Source: Bilabrum cf. latius (lineage: Eukaryota). From it: a stretch of 64,000 nucleotides of DNA. Made by a program: the position numbers and the translations under genes. The notes below the pieces were generated by a model. It was not told the origin of the DNA, did not search any database, and saw nothing but the letters and a program-made list of their open reading frames with translations. Of the stretch, positions 1 to 14,387 are shown one piece after another. The stretch lies in NCBI GenBank assembly GCA_965178125.1, contig OZ237762.1:620001-684000 (forward strand). Reading direction: 5' to 3'. Position 1 is the first letter of the stretch. Every line of letters starts with the position of its first letter.

Positions 1-3000
1 CTTGGGCGGTGGCAGCGCTTGCGGCTTCATCTTGTATCCCGCCGTCCATGCGGAAATCGTCATCCTGTGCACCTGGTGCCGGATTTCGTACCTAGTCCGG
101 TACTGGGACGTGTCGATCAATGCACACAGGGGCGTGTCGCTGCCGAAAATGCTCTAGAAGCGGGTGTGGGTAGACACCGAGCTGGGCATGGGGAACATGG
201 ACCTGCCCTGGACATACACCTCTGCTGTTTGCACGTTGAGCTCCATGCCTGACTTGCTGTCGCGGTAGAACCCTGCCGCCTCGCTTTCCTCTGCCTGCTG
301 CTCAAGGTTGCGCTTGCGGGCTTCGTCCATCTCGCGCATGTCGTCCAAGTTCGCCCCCAGCCACTTGCGGGCAGCGTCCTCGTCGTTGTTGCACTTGGCC
401 AGGGCGCGCTTGCACCACCTCAGCTGTGCCTTGGGCTTGCCGTCTTCTCCGGTGCCGAACGACTCAACCAGGACATTCGCAGTCTGCTCGGAGACTTCGG
501 CAGTCACCGTGCACTTGTATCCCCAGCGCTGTTGTGCGTTGATCTTGGTTACACGCAGCTGGTTGCGAGACCTGATTTCCGTCACAACGACCAAATGGTC
601 TGCCGGAATTACAAGAGGAGGGCTCCCGTTCATCCCGGGGAAATTCATTTCGCTTCCCCCAACGCCGTTGTATCCCTTACTGGAGCCCCATGTCTCATCC
701 AAGGTCTCATCCTTGTAGAACTTGATGAAATCATTCCAAGTGAGTGCTGAGCGGGAGTCGAACGAGATCGTGATGCTCTTTGCCCCCGGAAACCGAATCG
801 TTTCACATGAGGACGTGTTAAGCGCCACGGGGTGCTGCGACTCTAGCGTCCGTTCGCACACCATATCATCCTTCTGTGCGGGCCTCCACTTGCCAATGGC
901 CGTGGAATCCTGCCGCAGTGCAATGGCGGCGATAGAGGACAAGCAGGCCAGGCGCTCTGTCAACGGGGCCAGAGAGATGGCACGCATGGCGCTTTGCCTA
1001 GCGCGGAGCATCGCACTGAACACATCCTGCCCCGGAACTCGCAGTGTCTTTCCGTCGGACGTGTGCGCGTTCTCACTGGCTCCGCTGTGGCGCCACATTC
1101 TACCTCTGCGGCGCCCAAAACGGTCCTTGGGCACATCGCTCTGCGACAGCCATGACCGGACCAAAGCAGCCGAGCCCATGATGACTTTTGCATCCTCTAG
1201 GGTCATGTGCCCATCGCTGCTACTAACTCCGGCAGCAGCCTCGATCGCCAGCATGAGGTGGGCATGAAGCCGCAGCAGCGTCTCAATCTTGAGCCGCTCT
1301 TTCTCAGCCTTCTTGTTGTCTTCGTCATTGTTGTTGTTCTGCTTGTTCTCCTCTTCTTCTTCATCTTCCTCCTCCGCAACAGCCTTCTTCTTCTCTAGCT
1401 GTGCGAGCATCCCCTGTAGCTTTGCTCTCGCGGTGCCCTGCAGAAAGAGAGCCGCACGCTCCATGGCCCTCTTGCCAGCTTGCTGCGCGAGGGTCGATGT
1501 GAATGCACTGCACTGGTCCACATCTTTGAGGAACGAAAGCACCTTGCTGATGGCACCTGTCAGGAACAGGAACGTGGAGCTGAACCCACCAGTGGGTTGG
1601 TCCGTGCACATCCGCACTACCTCGTGCGCCATGGCCAGCAGCGGGTCAACCACCCCGCCAGGAGCCACCCTCAGCTCGTTCACCAGGAAGCTCTGCCTCG
1701 CGCCCAGCACATCACGCTCAACCGGGCCCTGCAGAGGAACACGCTCGATCAGCTCCAGCGAGGGAAGCTCCGGTTCATCTTCCGCCTTTTTCTTCTCAGC
1801 ATCGGCGCCACTTCCACCCTTGATCGTGGTCATCTTCGTCACGACAAGAGATCCGTCTTCTGCTTCCACGATATCGATGTCACCGTCCTCGTCATCATCA
1901 GCGTCACCCTCCTGAGGCCCTGCCTCTGCCTCTGCCTTCCTCTTTGCCTTCTCCTCGCGCCTCTGTCTGGCCGACACGTCTGCATCCACGGCATGGGCGA
2001 ACTTGAGAGCGCGATTTTTGCGCTCTTTCGCGGCATCAGAGTAGTGGTATGGCTCAAACAGCACCCGCTCCACCAGTCGCTGCACCTCAGGATGGGACAG
2101 TGCGCCCAGCCTGCCTCCCGCCAGGAACCGCAGCAGCATAGGGATCCGCATGTACTTCGCGCACAGGGACAGCAGGAGCCCTTCGGCGTCCTGAGGTGAG
2201 ACAGATCCATCGTAGTCGGGCAGGTTTACCGCACGCAGCACCATCTCTTCTGCTCCTTCGCCCCTGCCTGTCAGCTTGAAATCGTCGAGGCTGCCGTGGG
2301 TGGGATCAGCGCGGTAAAGGATAAAGCCAGGCTCAGTCAGCTTGTCGCGCAAGTCTGTGGGAGGGCGGCACGGCACGGAAGTGTCCATTGCATAGATGCG
2401 CAGGCACACGGGAGGGTGCATGTCCAAGCACGGGTTGCGGGTGTTGAAGTTGGGCTGCGCTCGCTGGGGGGTACGAGGTGTCTGCTGCAGGTACAGAGTA
2501 GTCGGATCGTATGCCGACCCCAGGTGCGAGATAACGGCTAGATCCTTTAGGTGGTCAAGCTCAGGGCATCCCCTGTTTGACCACCTCGTCGTCATGAAGA
2601 TCCGGAGCTTTTCCTTTTCGGACAGATCGGACGTTGACAGAGTTGCCAGAATCTCCGGTGGGATCACACCGTCATACGTCTATGATCTCTTCTCGTTGTG
2701 GACATCCGAGAGAGTTATCTCGGCGTCCTTGGTCGAAGCGAGAGCAGACAGGGTGGCACTCCAGCAGAGATGCTTGGGTCTCAGCATGTACTCCATCGTG
2801 ACCTTGTTGAAGCGCTTCAGAGGGTAGTGGAAGGCAAACCCGTGCGACTGCTCCTCCATGCCCCTAAAGTACTCCAGCACCAGCGGGCGCGCTGCCACCG
2901 CTGCAGGGGTGCTCATCAGCCCGTACTGCATGTGATAGCGGAAGGAACGAGTACCGCACGCATCCAACCGGATGTGGATCGCTGGCTCAATGGGCACCAA

Positions 3001-5569
3001 CCCGTAAAGACGGCCCCAGGTCTTGTGGTCGACGCCTCCACTCGAGGCAGCATCGTCTGCACCCGCGCCAGAGGATGCACCTGCTGCAGCACCTCCATCG
3101 GCATCGCCGGCAGATTTGCCCACCTGCCCCCCCGGGGTGATGTGCCTGGGTCCGTGGTTCAGCACAGTCGTCACGCCCAACGGACCGTCAGTGGCCTCAA
3201 TCCGTGCCACCCGCTCCCACAGCGCGTGCAGGGCAGCAACAGTGAGGTTGTAGTGGGAGCCATAGGATCTGTCGTACGCAACACCACGAGTCGCGCACAG
3301 GTAGGACTGCATGATCTGGTAGATATCACGCAGAACAGTCCGCTGCTGCGCCTTGGGCATGTGCGCGCAGTCGAACACGTCAGGCCTGTTCTTGAGGCTG
3401 CGGGCCGCGTCCCTGGATGCAGCTGCATCTCCGTGTGCAGCCACCACGTCCTAGGGCACAGCTTGCGGGTCCACTCCGGGCCGCAGTGGCCCGCCGTCAT
3501 CGGTGGACTTGACAAGGGGAGGTGCATCACCGGTGTCCTCGTCGTCCTGCTTGCCCTCTGCCGTCTTGCGTTCCGAGTCACCAGCACCCGAGGTCTCTCC
3601 CTCCTCCTTCTTCTTGTCGTCTTCGTCGTCATCTTCGCTGCCCGACAGCACCACCGGGGCTCGAGGGACCGGCACCCGCTCCAGGATCACCTCTTCGATG
3701 TAGGCGCGGAGCTGCATGAGGGGTGCGGCACCGCTGCCGCCAAAGGACCGAGTGATCATCTGCATGCAGCGCCCCTGGGTCTTCCCCAGCGCACGCCTGA
3801 TGTCATCGAATGCCTGCCGCTGAGCCTTCACGTAGTCCTCGGGGCTCAGCTCCTCGACGTCCTCCCGCGCCTCTGCTCCCACAAGCACGCGGCCCCAGCT
3901 GTCCCGCTTGGGCTTGCTGGGCTCGGTCAGGTCCAGGAACGGATCAGCGCTCGTGGCTGCCTCGCCGCCTGCGAACACGTCCGTGGAGCGCATGTCAGCC
4001 ACTGCGTCCCAGCCATGGAAGCCGCGCACCGGTTCCGCAGGGATAGACGCGCCCAGCCCCAGTTTGGGAGGGCCCAGCACCAGGGCCTGCCTCTCGCACA
4101 TGGCCACCACCTCGGGCCCAAGCTCAGAGGCCTCGTCAGGGGTAAGCCCCATGGCCCCCGTGTGGTCAAGCAAGGCTGTCCGGAACCGAATCTCCCGGAT
4201 CAGCTCCGATGTGTGACGAGTGCCCGCATCGTCCAGCAGCCCCGTGGTTCTCCTCTTGGCAGCGGCCCGCGCAGTCTGCCTGCAGGCGATGTCCAGGATA
4301 CGGACCTCCCAGGGCAGCAGCACGATCCTGCCCAGAGGGGCCTCCTCCTCGCTCGTCTTGCTCTCAGATGCGCCCGCGCCCGACGCGGCGCCGCTGCTTG
4401 CGGAACCAGCCGCCCCCTTGCCACCCTCCGACGTCGGCACGTCGGAGCTCTTGGGCGCCTCGATGCCCACTTCTGCCTCGAGCGCCTTGAGCTCCTCGTC
4501 CTGCTCGTCCTCGATCTCCTCCCAGTCCTTCTCCTCCACGTCGTCGTCCTCGTCCTTCTCTTCGTCCACTGCCGGGGCCTCGTCACCGACACCTGCACGC
4601 AGCTGACGCAGCGCCACACGAAGGTACTGCAGGCGGACGGCGAAGGTCACCTGCTTGATCTGGTCAGGCGTGAATGCCATCCGCTGCATCATGTAGCGCA
4701 GCGCGTGCAGCACGCACCTGTAGTAGCAGGACCCCGCCCGCTGCAGGGTCGCGAAGGGCCCGTGCTCGCCCGCAGCCTCGATCATCGCCTCCCGAAGGGT
4801 CGTTTTGCCCGCCAGGTGCGGGAGGAGCACCTCGTACAGGTCCTCTCTCGAGCTGTGATGTTGCACTGAGAACATCTTTCCGTATAGCATGTACCATACA
4901 CCGCGGTCGGAAATGCGTGACAGCGGGATGTTCTTCATCGCGATCGCTGTGCGAGCTTGTTCACTCTCGAGCGGCTGCTGCAGCCTGGTCATGGGGTGAT
5001 TTTGGACACCCGACCCAGTATTGATGACAGCAAAGAGGTACGAATCCTTCGCTTGCCGCTCGACGAGAAACATGATTGCGTGTCCTCCTGAACCTGACAT
5101 CCAGCCCGCGGGTAGAAGCAGCCTGTCTCCGACAGGAATCTCGGCACATTCGTCCGCAGCCCGCGCAGCCACACGCATAAGTACTTGTGCGTCTTTTACG
5201 CCTTTCTAAAGCTGCTCGTCGTAGCGGGCAGCCTGGATCATCTGGTCAGCGATCGACTTCATCTTGATAAGATCGCCGTCGGGAATACAACCTAAGTCTG
5301 AGCGGTTCGTCTCCACCAAACCGCGAACGATTCGCGACATTGTTCGTAGAGATGGAGCAATATGCCCACCTTCCCATCCAGTACCTGAATAATTCGAGGA
5401 GTTGGGCGGGGTATGTGGATGTAAGCATGTGTTCTCGGGGAGCGATGAAGGTCTCATTTGAGCGTTTCAAAGACTCACCGTCTGCATAAGGGTCCGCAAA
5501 CTGCCCCACAAATGCTGCAGAAGTCCAGATGCGCTCTTTAATACCGAAACGCAGCTTACGGCGTTCCAT
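1..5569 (-). CDS. Very large protein (3' end runs off the window) with an N-terminal putative cysteine-peptidase region and a UBA-like motif
   Basis: ATG at 5569 (MERRKLRFG...), then a GTGAGT...CAG intron at ~5478-5386. ORF pieces 5206-5457, 3451-5178, 2680-3447 and 154-2667 are all in one frame and separated only by TAG. Motifs: GGHAIMF...INTG...QRAGSCYY (H/N/Q-C peptidase-like) and WCKRALAKCNNDEDAARKWL (UBA-like). Confidence 0.7.
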
Positions 5570-5777
5570 GGCACGATTCGAGAGATGTGTTGCGCGCGAC
5601 CACCGCTGATGCTGTAATGAAGTACACGCTACAACTATGATACCGGCCGCAAAGTGCAAGACATTGCACCGGCAGACTTGGATCCCATCGGATGGAGTAG
5701 CAGATGTGCATTCAACGCATGCATGGAGGCGAGTTTGGAAGCACGCAAGCGAATGCGAAACCCTCAGAAGTTGGGAC

Positions 5778-8700
5778 TCACAACGGAGGCAGTTTCTTGC
5801 CTTTCCCCTGCCCACGGCCAGACTTCCTGGCAGAATCGCTTCCGGTCTATTCTGCAGCCCTACTACCAGCCGACGAGGCTGCCCCGGACGACCCAGAACC
5901 AGTACCAGCAGTGCCAGAGGCCCCACCCTCCAGGCCAGCCCCCCCCGGCACCTGCACGCCCGAGGACTTGAGCTATTCGCGCACAGAGTCAGGTATGACG
6001 TCCATGCCCCCCGCCCGTCCACGCCAGCCGGCCTCCCGGGCCAGTACGTCCACCGTTTGCGCGGCGCCGGCTGCAGCGGAGCCATCACCAGCACGCGCAG
6101 AACCGCCCGACTGCGACTGCCTGCCCTGCTGATGCTGATGCTGATGCTGATGACCTGGCGAGCCCCGGCTCCCGCTGCCGCGGCCCCCACGCGACCGGCC
6201 TCCGATGGGTCCCGTCCCCGCCCCTGAGCCAGAACCCGCGCGGCGCTGCGAGCCGCCCTGCGTTCTGGCTCCGGATCCACCCGCGCCGCTGGGCAGGGAG
6301 GGCAGCGAGGCCTGCGACTGCGAGTGGCCACCGGCACCACCGTGCGATGCACCTGCACCGCTGCCGCCACCCATGGCGCGGGGCATCGCCGAGGATCCTG
6401 CCGCCGTGCCGGCACCAGGGCCGGGCACGCCCTGTGGGGAACAGTCTCTAGTGTCCACCACGCACACGGTCGCAACGTCCGAAGGCCCGCCCCCGGCACC
6501 CGCACCATCGTTCGCTGCACCCAGTGCCTCGATCCTGCCCCCCGCGTGCACGTACACGTGCCTGACTCTCGCCGCCCGATCCAGCCCTTCCACGATGCTC
6601 CTCACACCCAGGGAGGAGAGCCTGTTCCCCCGCAGGTCGAGCAGGCCCAGGGAACATCCAGTGTCGCTCAGAAGCGCCGCAAACGCCCTCGCCCCATCGT
6701 CCCCGATCGAGTTGTTCCTCAGCCTCACCTCCCTCACGCTGTTCCCCGCCCCCCGCAGCGTGGCCGCCAGCGCGTGTGCCTCCTCGTCCCCCAGCCCGCT
6801 CTCGTCCAGCTGCAGGCTGGCCCCGACCCCACGGTTCCCGTCGATCTGTGACTCGGCGTCCGCCCTGGCCCTGGCCTCGTGCACGTACCTGATGAGCGTC
6901 CTCCTCCTGGCCTCCTCTTCCTCCGCTAGCCTGGAGTGCGTCTCCGTGGAGGCTCTCTGCGCCTCTGCCGCCCGACCCTCCGCCTCCCTCTGCCTCTGCT
7001 CCGCCAGCACAGCCCTCTTCTCGTTCACCAGCACGAGTCCCAGCAGAGCCGCCATCCGCTCGAGCACCCTGGGCTTGAAATGGGTGCCCTTCTGCGCTTT
7101 CTTGAGGAACACATTGATGCCCAGCCTGCGGAGGAGCTGCTTGGCCTCGTTTCTCGCAGCACGAATCATGATAAGGCCCTGGGTTGGCTTGGCATCGAGG
7201 TAGAACCGCCCCTTGCCTCCTTGCTTGAGCACCTCCTCGTCGCTCGGCTCGGCTCCCTGGGCCTTGGCGTCCTCTGCAGGTGGCGCGTCAGCGTCAGCCC
7301 CACCGTCGTCATCGTCCCCGGCACCATTCCCAGCGCCCGACCTGGCGCCGCCCCTCCCTCCCCGGGAACCGTCACCAGCCCCATCCCCAGCTCCCCCCCC
7401 CGCAGCATCCTAACCGCTGCCGCCTCTCCTCTGCCTGAGTCTGGCGCGGAGCACCTCCAGCTCCGATGTTGCCTCCTCCGCCTCCTTGGACTTCTCTCTG
7501 AGGGCCTGGGTCACCACCCGATTGCTCTCCGCCACCCGGGAGAGCTGCCCCGCCAGCTCCTCGTTCCTCTGGGCGGAGGCGCGGAGCTGCGCTTCGAGCT
7601 TCTTGACTTCCTCTCTCTGGGCGGCTCGCGCCTCCTCATCGGCCTGCATCTTGTTGAGCAGGAAGGCGAGTCGCCCGCTGAGCGTCCTAACTTTTTCCTG
7701 CGCGGTCTTCCTCTCGTCGTGCTCCTTCATCTTGGCCCTTACCTCCTCCTTGGAACGAGCTGCCAGCTGCCCGTTGTGCTGCTTGAGGGCCTACAGCCTC
7801 TCCTACAATGCCTTCAGGTCCATCTCCGCTTTGACCCGCAGCTGCCCCTCCTTGGCCGTCTCTTTCACCAGCCGTCCCGCCTTTTTCCGCATGGCCACCA
7901 GCTCGCCCTCCCTCGCCCTCACCGCCTCTACTGCCTTGGTCTTGCCCAGCTCAGCCAGCTTCAGCCGCTCCAGCAGCTAGAACACGCGCTGCGCCATCTC
8001 CCTGAGTTGTTCCCCGGCATCTCTCGCCTCTGCCTCGAGCCGCAGCCTCTCCCCCTCCGCCGTCTCGAGCCGCTTCGTGAGGAGAAGAGCCTGCTGCCTC
8101 ACGTTGCCTTCCTCGGTGATCAGCTTCTTGTTCGCGTCTTCCTAAGCTGCCTTGGACCTGCTCTCCACCTGCAGTTCCGTCTCCAGCTCTACGATTTTCG
8201 CCGCCATGGCCTTGACCCTCTCTTCCAGGGCACCCACGGCGTCATCTGCCTTGCGCTTGGAGTCCTCCGCCGACTGGGCCTTCTCTAGAAGCTGGTACTG
8301 CTTCTCTTTCCGCACCCTTAGCTGTTCCTACAGGCTCTCCAACTCTACCTGCGTTTTTCGCTTCATTTCCAGGTTGCTACTCCGCAGCTGCTCTGTCTCT
8401 GTCCGCAGCAGCCGAAGCTCCTCCGCCCGTAGCTTGGCTTCCTGTGCAGCCTGTCTTGCCAGCTCCTCCTGCCCTTTTGCCGTGTTTAGCAACGACCTGT
8501 GCTGGTCCCGGAGGGCCTGCAGCTCCTGCCTCATGGCTGTGTTCTCCGACTGCAGCTGGGACGTGCCTTTTTCCTCGCCTTCCAGCAGGCGGAGGAGCTC
8601 GGCGTTCTGGTCTGTCAGGATCTTCAGCTGCCTCTCCTTGTCGCCCGCCTCCTGCTGTGCCCTGCGGAGTGCGCCCGCCTCGCTCCTGAGCTTGGTCTAC

Positions 8701-9113
8701 ATCTCAAAGTTCTGCTCCCGCATGCGGCGCAGCTCCTCCTCCACGGCTAGCTTGTCCACTTGCATCCTGCTCGTCTCTGCCTCCACCTGGTCCAGCGAGC
8801 GGAGCAGGTGAGAGTTCTGCTCCTGCAGCACGCGCAGCTGCTCGTCTTTCATTCGAAGTGCCTCGGCAGCGCGCGATTCGCGGGGCATGCCGCTTCCAGT
8901 ACCGCCCAAGCCGCCGCCAACGCCGCTGCCGGCCTGGCTCGCAGAGCCGACACCCCTCCCTCCAGGCGGCGTAGCAGCGCCTCGCATCGACGTGGCCATG
9001 CTTCCATGAGAGCGACCCGTCTCATGGAGTCCGTGTCCCGCGCCATTTCCCGAGTAACCGTCCCTGCCACTCGAGCCAGAATACTGCTCGTGACCACTCC
9101 GGTTTGCCTTCAT
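5778..9113 (-). CDS. Coiled-coil protein with C-terminal leucine-rich repeats (RNI-like)
   Basis: ORFs 8697-9176, 8328-8534, 7410-7730 and 5973-7232 share one frame, are joined by TAG and end at TGA 5778-5780. Contains long heptad-rich segments and the LRRs LRNNSIGDDGA and LDLRGNRLSSLG. The start could instead be 9176. Confidence 0.75.
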
Positions 9114-9704
9114 CTGGCGACCAGACTGGGGATCAGCATCACTGTCCTGGGATATTTGAGATACATCGTAGCACACACGGAAGACGAAGACTTGTCAGCA
9201 CAATCATAGGATGCGAGCGGCCGGGCGAAAACAGTAGTGTGCAACAGAAATGCGAATAACAGGGATTAATGATTTCATATTTATCACTACACCAGTCCAT
9301 GCCAAACGTATTGCCAATTAACTTACCTTTCGTTCGTCCATGTTCAATTTTGTACCACAACAGAGGCCCTACGGCCCTGTTTTTGACAACCTCAACGGAA
9401 AGCGGACGATATCTGCACGTTACAGTGGGCACCGCGCAAGATGGGTGCGGAACTCGAAAGAAGCAGATCCGATCACCAGTGGTACCAAGAACCGTCCCAT
9501 CTGCAGTTTAGGGGTTTACTGAGTGAGTAAGCGACGTGACGGCTGCATCTTATGATTGATGGTTATGTATTCAACGGTTATACTTTGAAAGTGTTCGATT
9601 GGCCTGCCTGTATAATGGTTTTTAGTGGATTGAGGTGTACCTTGCACTTGCACCTGCCGTTCACCCGACATCTTCGAGTGCTGCACCTGGTCTTTCTTGC
9701 AGAT

Positions 9705-10535
9705 ATGGCGAGCCTTAAGGAGCTCGATATGCAGTCCAAGTCTAAGCCGGAGAGCGTGCTCCTGAAGGAGAAGCGCGATGCCGAGATTCGCGATGCCCGG
9801 GCCACCGAGGCGTCGAAGAAGGATGCCGCCGAGAAGGAGCGCCAGGACAAGGCGTTCAAGCGCGCCGAGAAGTACGTTGCTGAGTACCAGCGCATGGAGA
9901 AGGATCTTGTGACTATGCGCCGCGCCGCCAAGGCTTCCGGCCGCTTCTTTGTGGAGCCCGAGGCAAAGGTTGCTTTCGTGGTTCGCATCCGTGGTATCAT
10001 GGGCGTAGCGCCCAAGACCCGCAAGATTCTCCAGCTGCTGCGCCTGCGCCAGATCCACAACGGTGTGTTCGTGCGCCTGAACAAGGCCACCCTGCAGATG
10101 CTGAACTTGGTGACCCCTTACATTGCGTGGGGATACCCCAACCTGAAGACCATCCGGTCGTTGCTCCTCAAGCGCGGGTTTGGCAAGCTGGGCAAGGCCC
10201 CTCGCGTCGTCAAGCGCAAGTCTAAGATGGCCGCCGACGGCCGAAAGGACCTGGAGAAGGGCTACGACAAGCTCTCCCCCCAGCGGATCGCCCTGTCCGA
10301 CAACCGCGTGATCGAGACCGCCCTCGGCCACCTCGACATCCTGTGCATGGAGGATGTGGTGCACGAGCTGTACACGTGCGGCACCCATTTCAAGGAGGTG
10401 AGCAACTTCCTGTGGCCCTTCAAGCTGTCGTCCCCCTCGGGCGGATTCAGCAAGAAGCTCCTTCACTACAACGAGAAGGGAGAGGCTGGCAACCGGGAGA
10501 GTGCCATCAACAAGCTCGTGCAGCGCATGCTCTGA
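9705..10535 (+). CDS. RPL7: 60S ribosomal protein L7 (uL30)
   Basis: Motifs FFVEPEAKVAFVVRIRG, LQLLRLRQIHNGVFV, PYIAWGYPNLK and NFLWPFKLSSP. Ends in TGA and has no internal TAG. A TTGCAG acceptor just before the ATG suggests an upstream intron. Confidence 0.97.
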   Translation: MASLKELDMQSKSKPESVLLKEKRDAEIRDARATEASKKDAAEKERQDKAFKRAEKYVAEYQRMEKDLVTMRRAAKASGRFFVEPEAKVAFVVRIRGIMGVAPKTRKILQLLRLRQIHNGVFVRLNKATLQMLNLVTPYIAWGYPNLKTIRSLLLKRGFGKLGKAPRVVKRKSKMAADGRKDLEKGYDKLSPQRIALSDNRVIETALGHLDILCMEDVVHELYTCGTHFKEVSNFLWPFKLSSPSGGFSKKLLHYNEKGEAGNRESAINKLVQRML

Positions 10536-11571
10536 GCAGGTTAATTTGTGCGGGCTACAGCAGCTAGTCCGGTTTGGTTTGATTCTGGGGTCAGGTGCGG
10601 TACATTGTCGCGGCCCGTTGCAAGCGGTCCTGCCACGCGGCAGTGCTTTGGCTCGAGGGGACGAATGCAGTGAGTGTGCCGGTCGAATAATAGGCTTCAG
10701 GGTTTACGTTTTTCCAATCATGATAAGCACCGCCACAGTACGATACTGCGGGGCGCATGCGCAATCGTACGACTGCGACACTCAGGTGGCGTGGTAATAC
10801 AGGTGTCTCTCTGTTCAATTTCCGAATAAATGATATCATCGCCTTCCCCCCTCCTGTTCTTCTTCCTTAGAGGCGTCAATTTGCCCTGAGGCGGGTGCTT
10901 CCTCGCTTGCATCTTCCGCTGCCGGTTCCCGTTCCTCGTCTGGCACCCCAAGCTCATCCATCAGGGCCTCCTTGGCGTGGTAAATCTTTGCCTACAAGTA
11001 CAAGGACCCGCCTACATCAACTGAATTCGACTAAAATAACTTTGCGTACCGTTCAAGCACGAGCTATCGGGAGTACTCGGACGATTCGATTCCAAGAATG
11101 TCTCTCGCGGCCTTAATTGGCATTCTGCCCCTCCTTAGTCGTGAAGCCGCGGCTCCAGTCGCCACCTTTCCGCCTTCTGCGATCCAGTGGATTGAATACG
11201 AATGTAGTTAGATCAGTAATCCAATTGATGCGTTTGTAAACCAGCCATGCATCATACAGCACTGCCCAGCCATACTCACTTGAGGCTGCTTGCTGGTAAG
11301 CCTGCATGACACCTTTCAAAACCATTGAGGATGCCATACTAGCAACCTATAACGCAACGCGAGCGACCAACTGCGTCCAGGGCGCCATGGTAGTCTTTAT
11401 TGAGGGTGTTGCAGTTGGCCCGACCGCGAAAAACAAGATTGGCTAGTAGCGTGTATATTTGCCTTGGCCGGATCTGGTGACGTCCAGTTTCGACTGCTTG
11501 CCTCTCGAGTGCAGAGGCGTTCACGTCGCATTTTTCCACGCTCCCTCCGAATATAGACGGTAGTCATTGAA

Positions 11572-14387
11572 ATGGCGCAACCAACTGGAGTTTTCATCGA
11601 CATAACGGGTTGGGGGCTCGCCAAGGAGCAGCGGGGACCTTTCGCGGTGAGCTGAGACCCGGTACTTCCCTTTGGCGCTTCGCTCCGCCCCGAGCATGGC
11701 GGATGGTCGAGATTCTGCTATGATCTACCTATCGAGCAAGCTGATGCTCTTGAAGCCGTTCGGTTGTGAATCTGGTGCATTTCTTTGCCGCATCGCCGGT
11801 TCATTGTTCGCAGGTTTTTGTCATACGCATCCGGCTGGGCAAGTATGCCTGGACGGTCTTTCGAAGGTACTCAGAATTTGCCCGACTTAACGCCCAGGTT
11901 AGTTTCGTATCTTGTCTATTTGCTGGCCTGGTTGACCGACGAATCCGGGCGCTGCTTGTGAATCGGGGCGGAGATTCGTCGCAAAGCCGGTCAGCTGTAC
12001 GATGCATCCATCGAGAGCGCCTCGTGCACTGCTTGCGTGTTACATCCAGTTTATTTGATGTCTAGTTTTCACAATGGGCCCATGCCTGCGGATTTCATGG
12101 TCCTCCTGGGCCCTGTGGAGGACGGGCCGGTCGATACGAGTCCTGCTCGAGATGCGTTGAGGCCGACCTCGCTGTGGTGGACGGAGTCGGACATAGCAAG
12201 CCACTTGGACCCTGCACCTGCTTTCATATATTATATTTTATTCTAAGCTTCCTTTGTGCTCTCTCGCAGCTCCAGGAGCAGATTTAGGGCGCTGCTCCGT
12301 GCCCGCCGAGAGGCCCGGGCGGCGTGGACCACGCCACGCTCGCAAACTTGCGTCTAGTGCTCTTAGAATGGATCAGAAGACTTGCAAACGACGAAAGAGT
12401 GTGCCGTTCCGCATCATTCCACGATTTCCTGCGAGCAAACGCGAACCGACCGCCGGCAGGAATGGGGAAGCCCGTCACCGTCCAAGCAAGCAGGCCGCCC
12501 GGGGCGCACCCGGCAGGAGGAGGAGCAGGTGGCGCCCCCGGGGGTCCCAGGCCATCGGGTCCTCACGGAAGCGGCGGGCCGGGGCACCCTGGAGGGCACG
12601 GCGGCCCGGCGGGAGGGGCTCCTCCCTCCCATTCCGCACGGGGTGGTGCCGGCCCCGGTCCCGGCCCGGGACATTATTCCGCCGGGGGTGCGGGGGGACC
12701 CGGAGCCAGGGCCTCCGGGCCCTCGAGCGGCGCTGCGCCCATGGACGGCCGTGGCGCGAGCGGCGGCCCCCCGGGGGGAAGGCCCTCCGGAGGCGGGTCA
12801 CCAGCGAAGAAATATGGCGCCGGCGGTGCCATCGGCCTGAGGGACTTTATGCTCCTCAAAGTGGTCGGAAAGGGATCCTTCGGGAAAGTCATGCAGGTGC
12901 GCAAGCGCAGCAACAACAGGATATACGCCATGAAAGTGCTGGATAAATCTTATGTCGTGGCAAGGAACCAGGTAGCGCACACGCAGACGGAACGGAGCGT
13001 GCTGGGCCAGGTGCGCCACCCATTCGTGGTCGGGCTCAAATACGCCTTCTAGACAGAAGACAAGCTGTATTTCGTCCTGGATTACTGCGCCGGCGGCGAG
13101 CTATTCTTCCATTTGTCCCAGGTGGGGAGGTTCGAGGAGCCCAGGGCCTGCTACTACTCGGCCCAGATCGTGCTCGCTCTCGAGCACCTGCACAGCAAGG
13201 GCATCATCTACAGGGACCTCAAGCCCGAAAACGTGCTTCTGGATCACCACGGAAACATCCGCATCACGGACTTCGGCCTGTCCAAAGAGAACGTCCATGA
13301 AACGGCCGAAGGGGCCCACTCGTTTTGCGGCACGCCAGAGTACTTGGCCCCGGAGATCCTCGATCGGTCGGGGCACGGCAGGGGGGTGGACTGGTGGTCG
13401 CTTGGTGCTCTCCTGTACGAGATGCTCACCGGATTGCCCCCGTTTTACTGCAAGGACAGGTCGGTCCTCTTCAAGCAGATCAGGACGGGGACCCTCGAGT
13501 TCCCGCCCTACCTGTCGAACGAGGCCAAGGACATCTTGTGCAGGCTGCTGTGCAGGGACCCGAGGAGGAGGCTGGGCTGCGGGCCCAGGGACGCGGAGGA
13601 CATCAAGGCGCACCCTTTCTTCAGGCGGATCAACTGGCCGGCCATGCTCGCGTGCAAGGTGCCCCCGCCGTGGAGGCCCAGGGTCACGCACTCCCTGGAC
13701 ACCTCGCAATTCGACTCCGAGTTTACAGACATGCCGGTGAGCGCGGACGACGCCCCCGGGGCGGGGAAGGCCCCCCTGAGCAGCAGCATGAAGTACAAGG
13801 CGGACCAGGCCTTCAGGGGCTTCACCTTCACGGGCGACCACGCGCTGGCGGGGAGGGGTGGCCCAGGCGCTGGGAGTGGTGGTCCCCCAGGGCGGGGAGG
13901 GGGTCCGGCACCGGGGGGTGCGGGGGGATCCGGGGGACCCCCCACGGTGGGGTCGTACGCCTCCAAGGCGTTCGGAGGGGGTGCCAAGGAGGTTGCGACC
14001 GGCGGGCCGGGCCCTGGCCCGAGTGGCGCGCCGGCGCACCACCCCTCTGCGATTGCGGGGGCGGGCCCCGTGGGGTTCGGAGGCCCCAGGCCGGGCCCTG
14101 GCCCATCGACGGCAGGGATGCCCCGACCGATGGGTCCTCAGGCTGGCTCTGGAGGTGCCGGTCCTGGTCCTGGCATGGGTGGAATGGGCACGGGCACGGG
14201 CATGGGGAGGGGTAGTGGTGGTGGTGCCCCCATGATGGGGGGCCATGGGCCAGGGGTAGGCATGCCGGCGGGGCATGCGATGGGTGGGCCGGCCATGGGC
14301 GGCATGAGCGGGGGAGGGCCGGGCGGGGGCGGGCGCATGGTTGCGATGGGCAGCGCGGGGTCTTCCGGGCAGGTGGAGATGGACTGA
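11572..14387 (+). CDS. PX-domain AGC Ser/Thr kinase (SGK/PKB-like), 3 exons
   Basis: Exons ~11572-11646, ~11814-11897 and ~12270-14387 with GT-AG introns. PX motif WTVFRRYSEF. Kinase motifs GKGSFGKV, YAF(TAG)[31 protein letters not shown], and hydrophobic motif FRGFTF. Confidence 0.93.

Noticed and set aside
2698-8288. Long plus-strand ORFs (2698-4869, 6936-8288) and similar antisense ORFs elsewhere
   Set aside because: They are shadows of GC-rich genes on the opposite strand and have no recognisable motifs.
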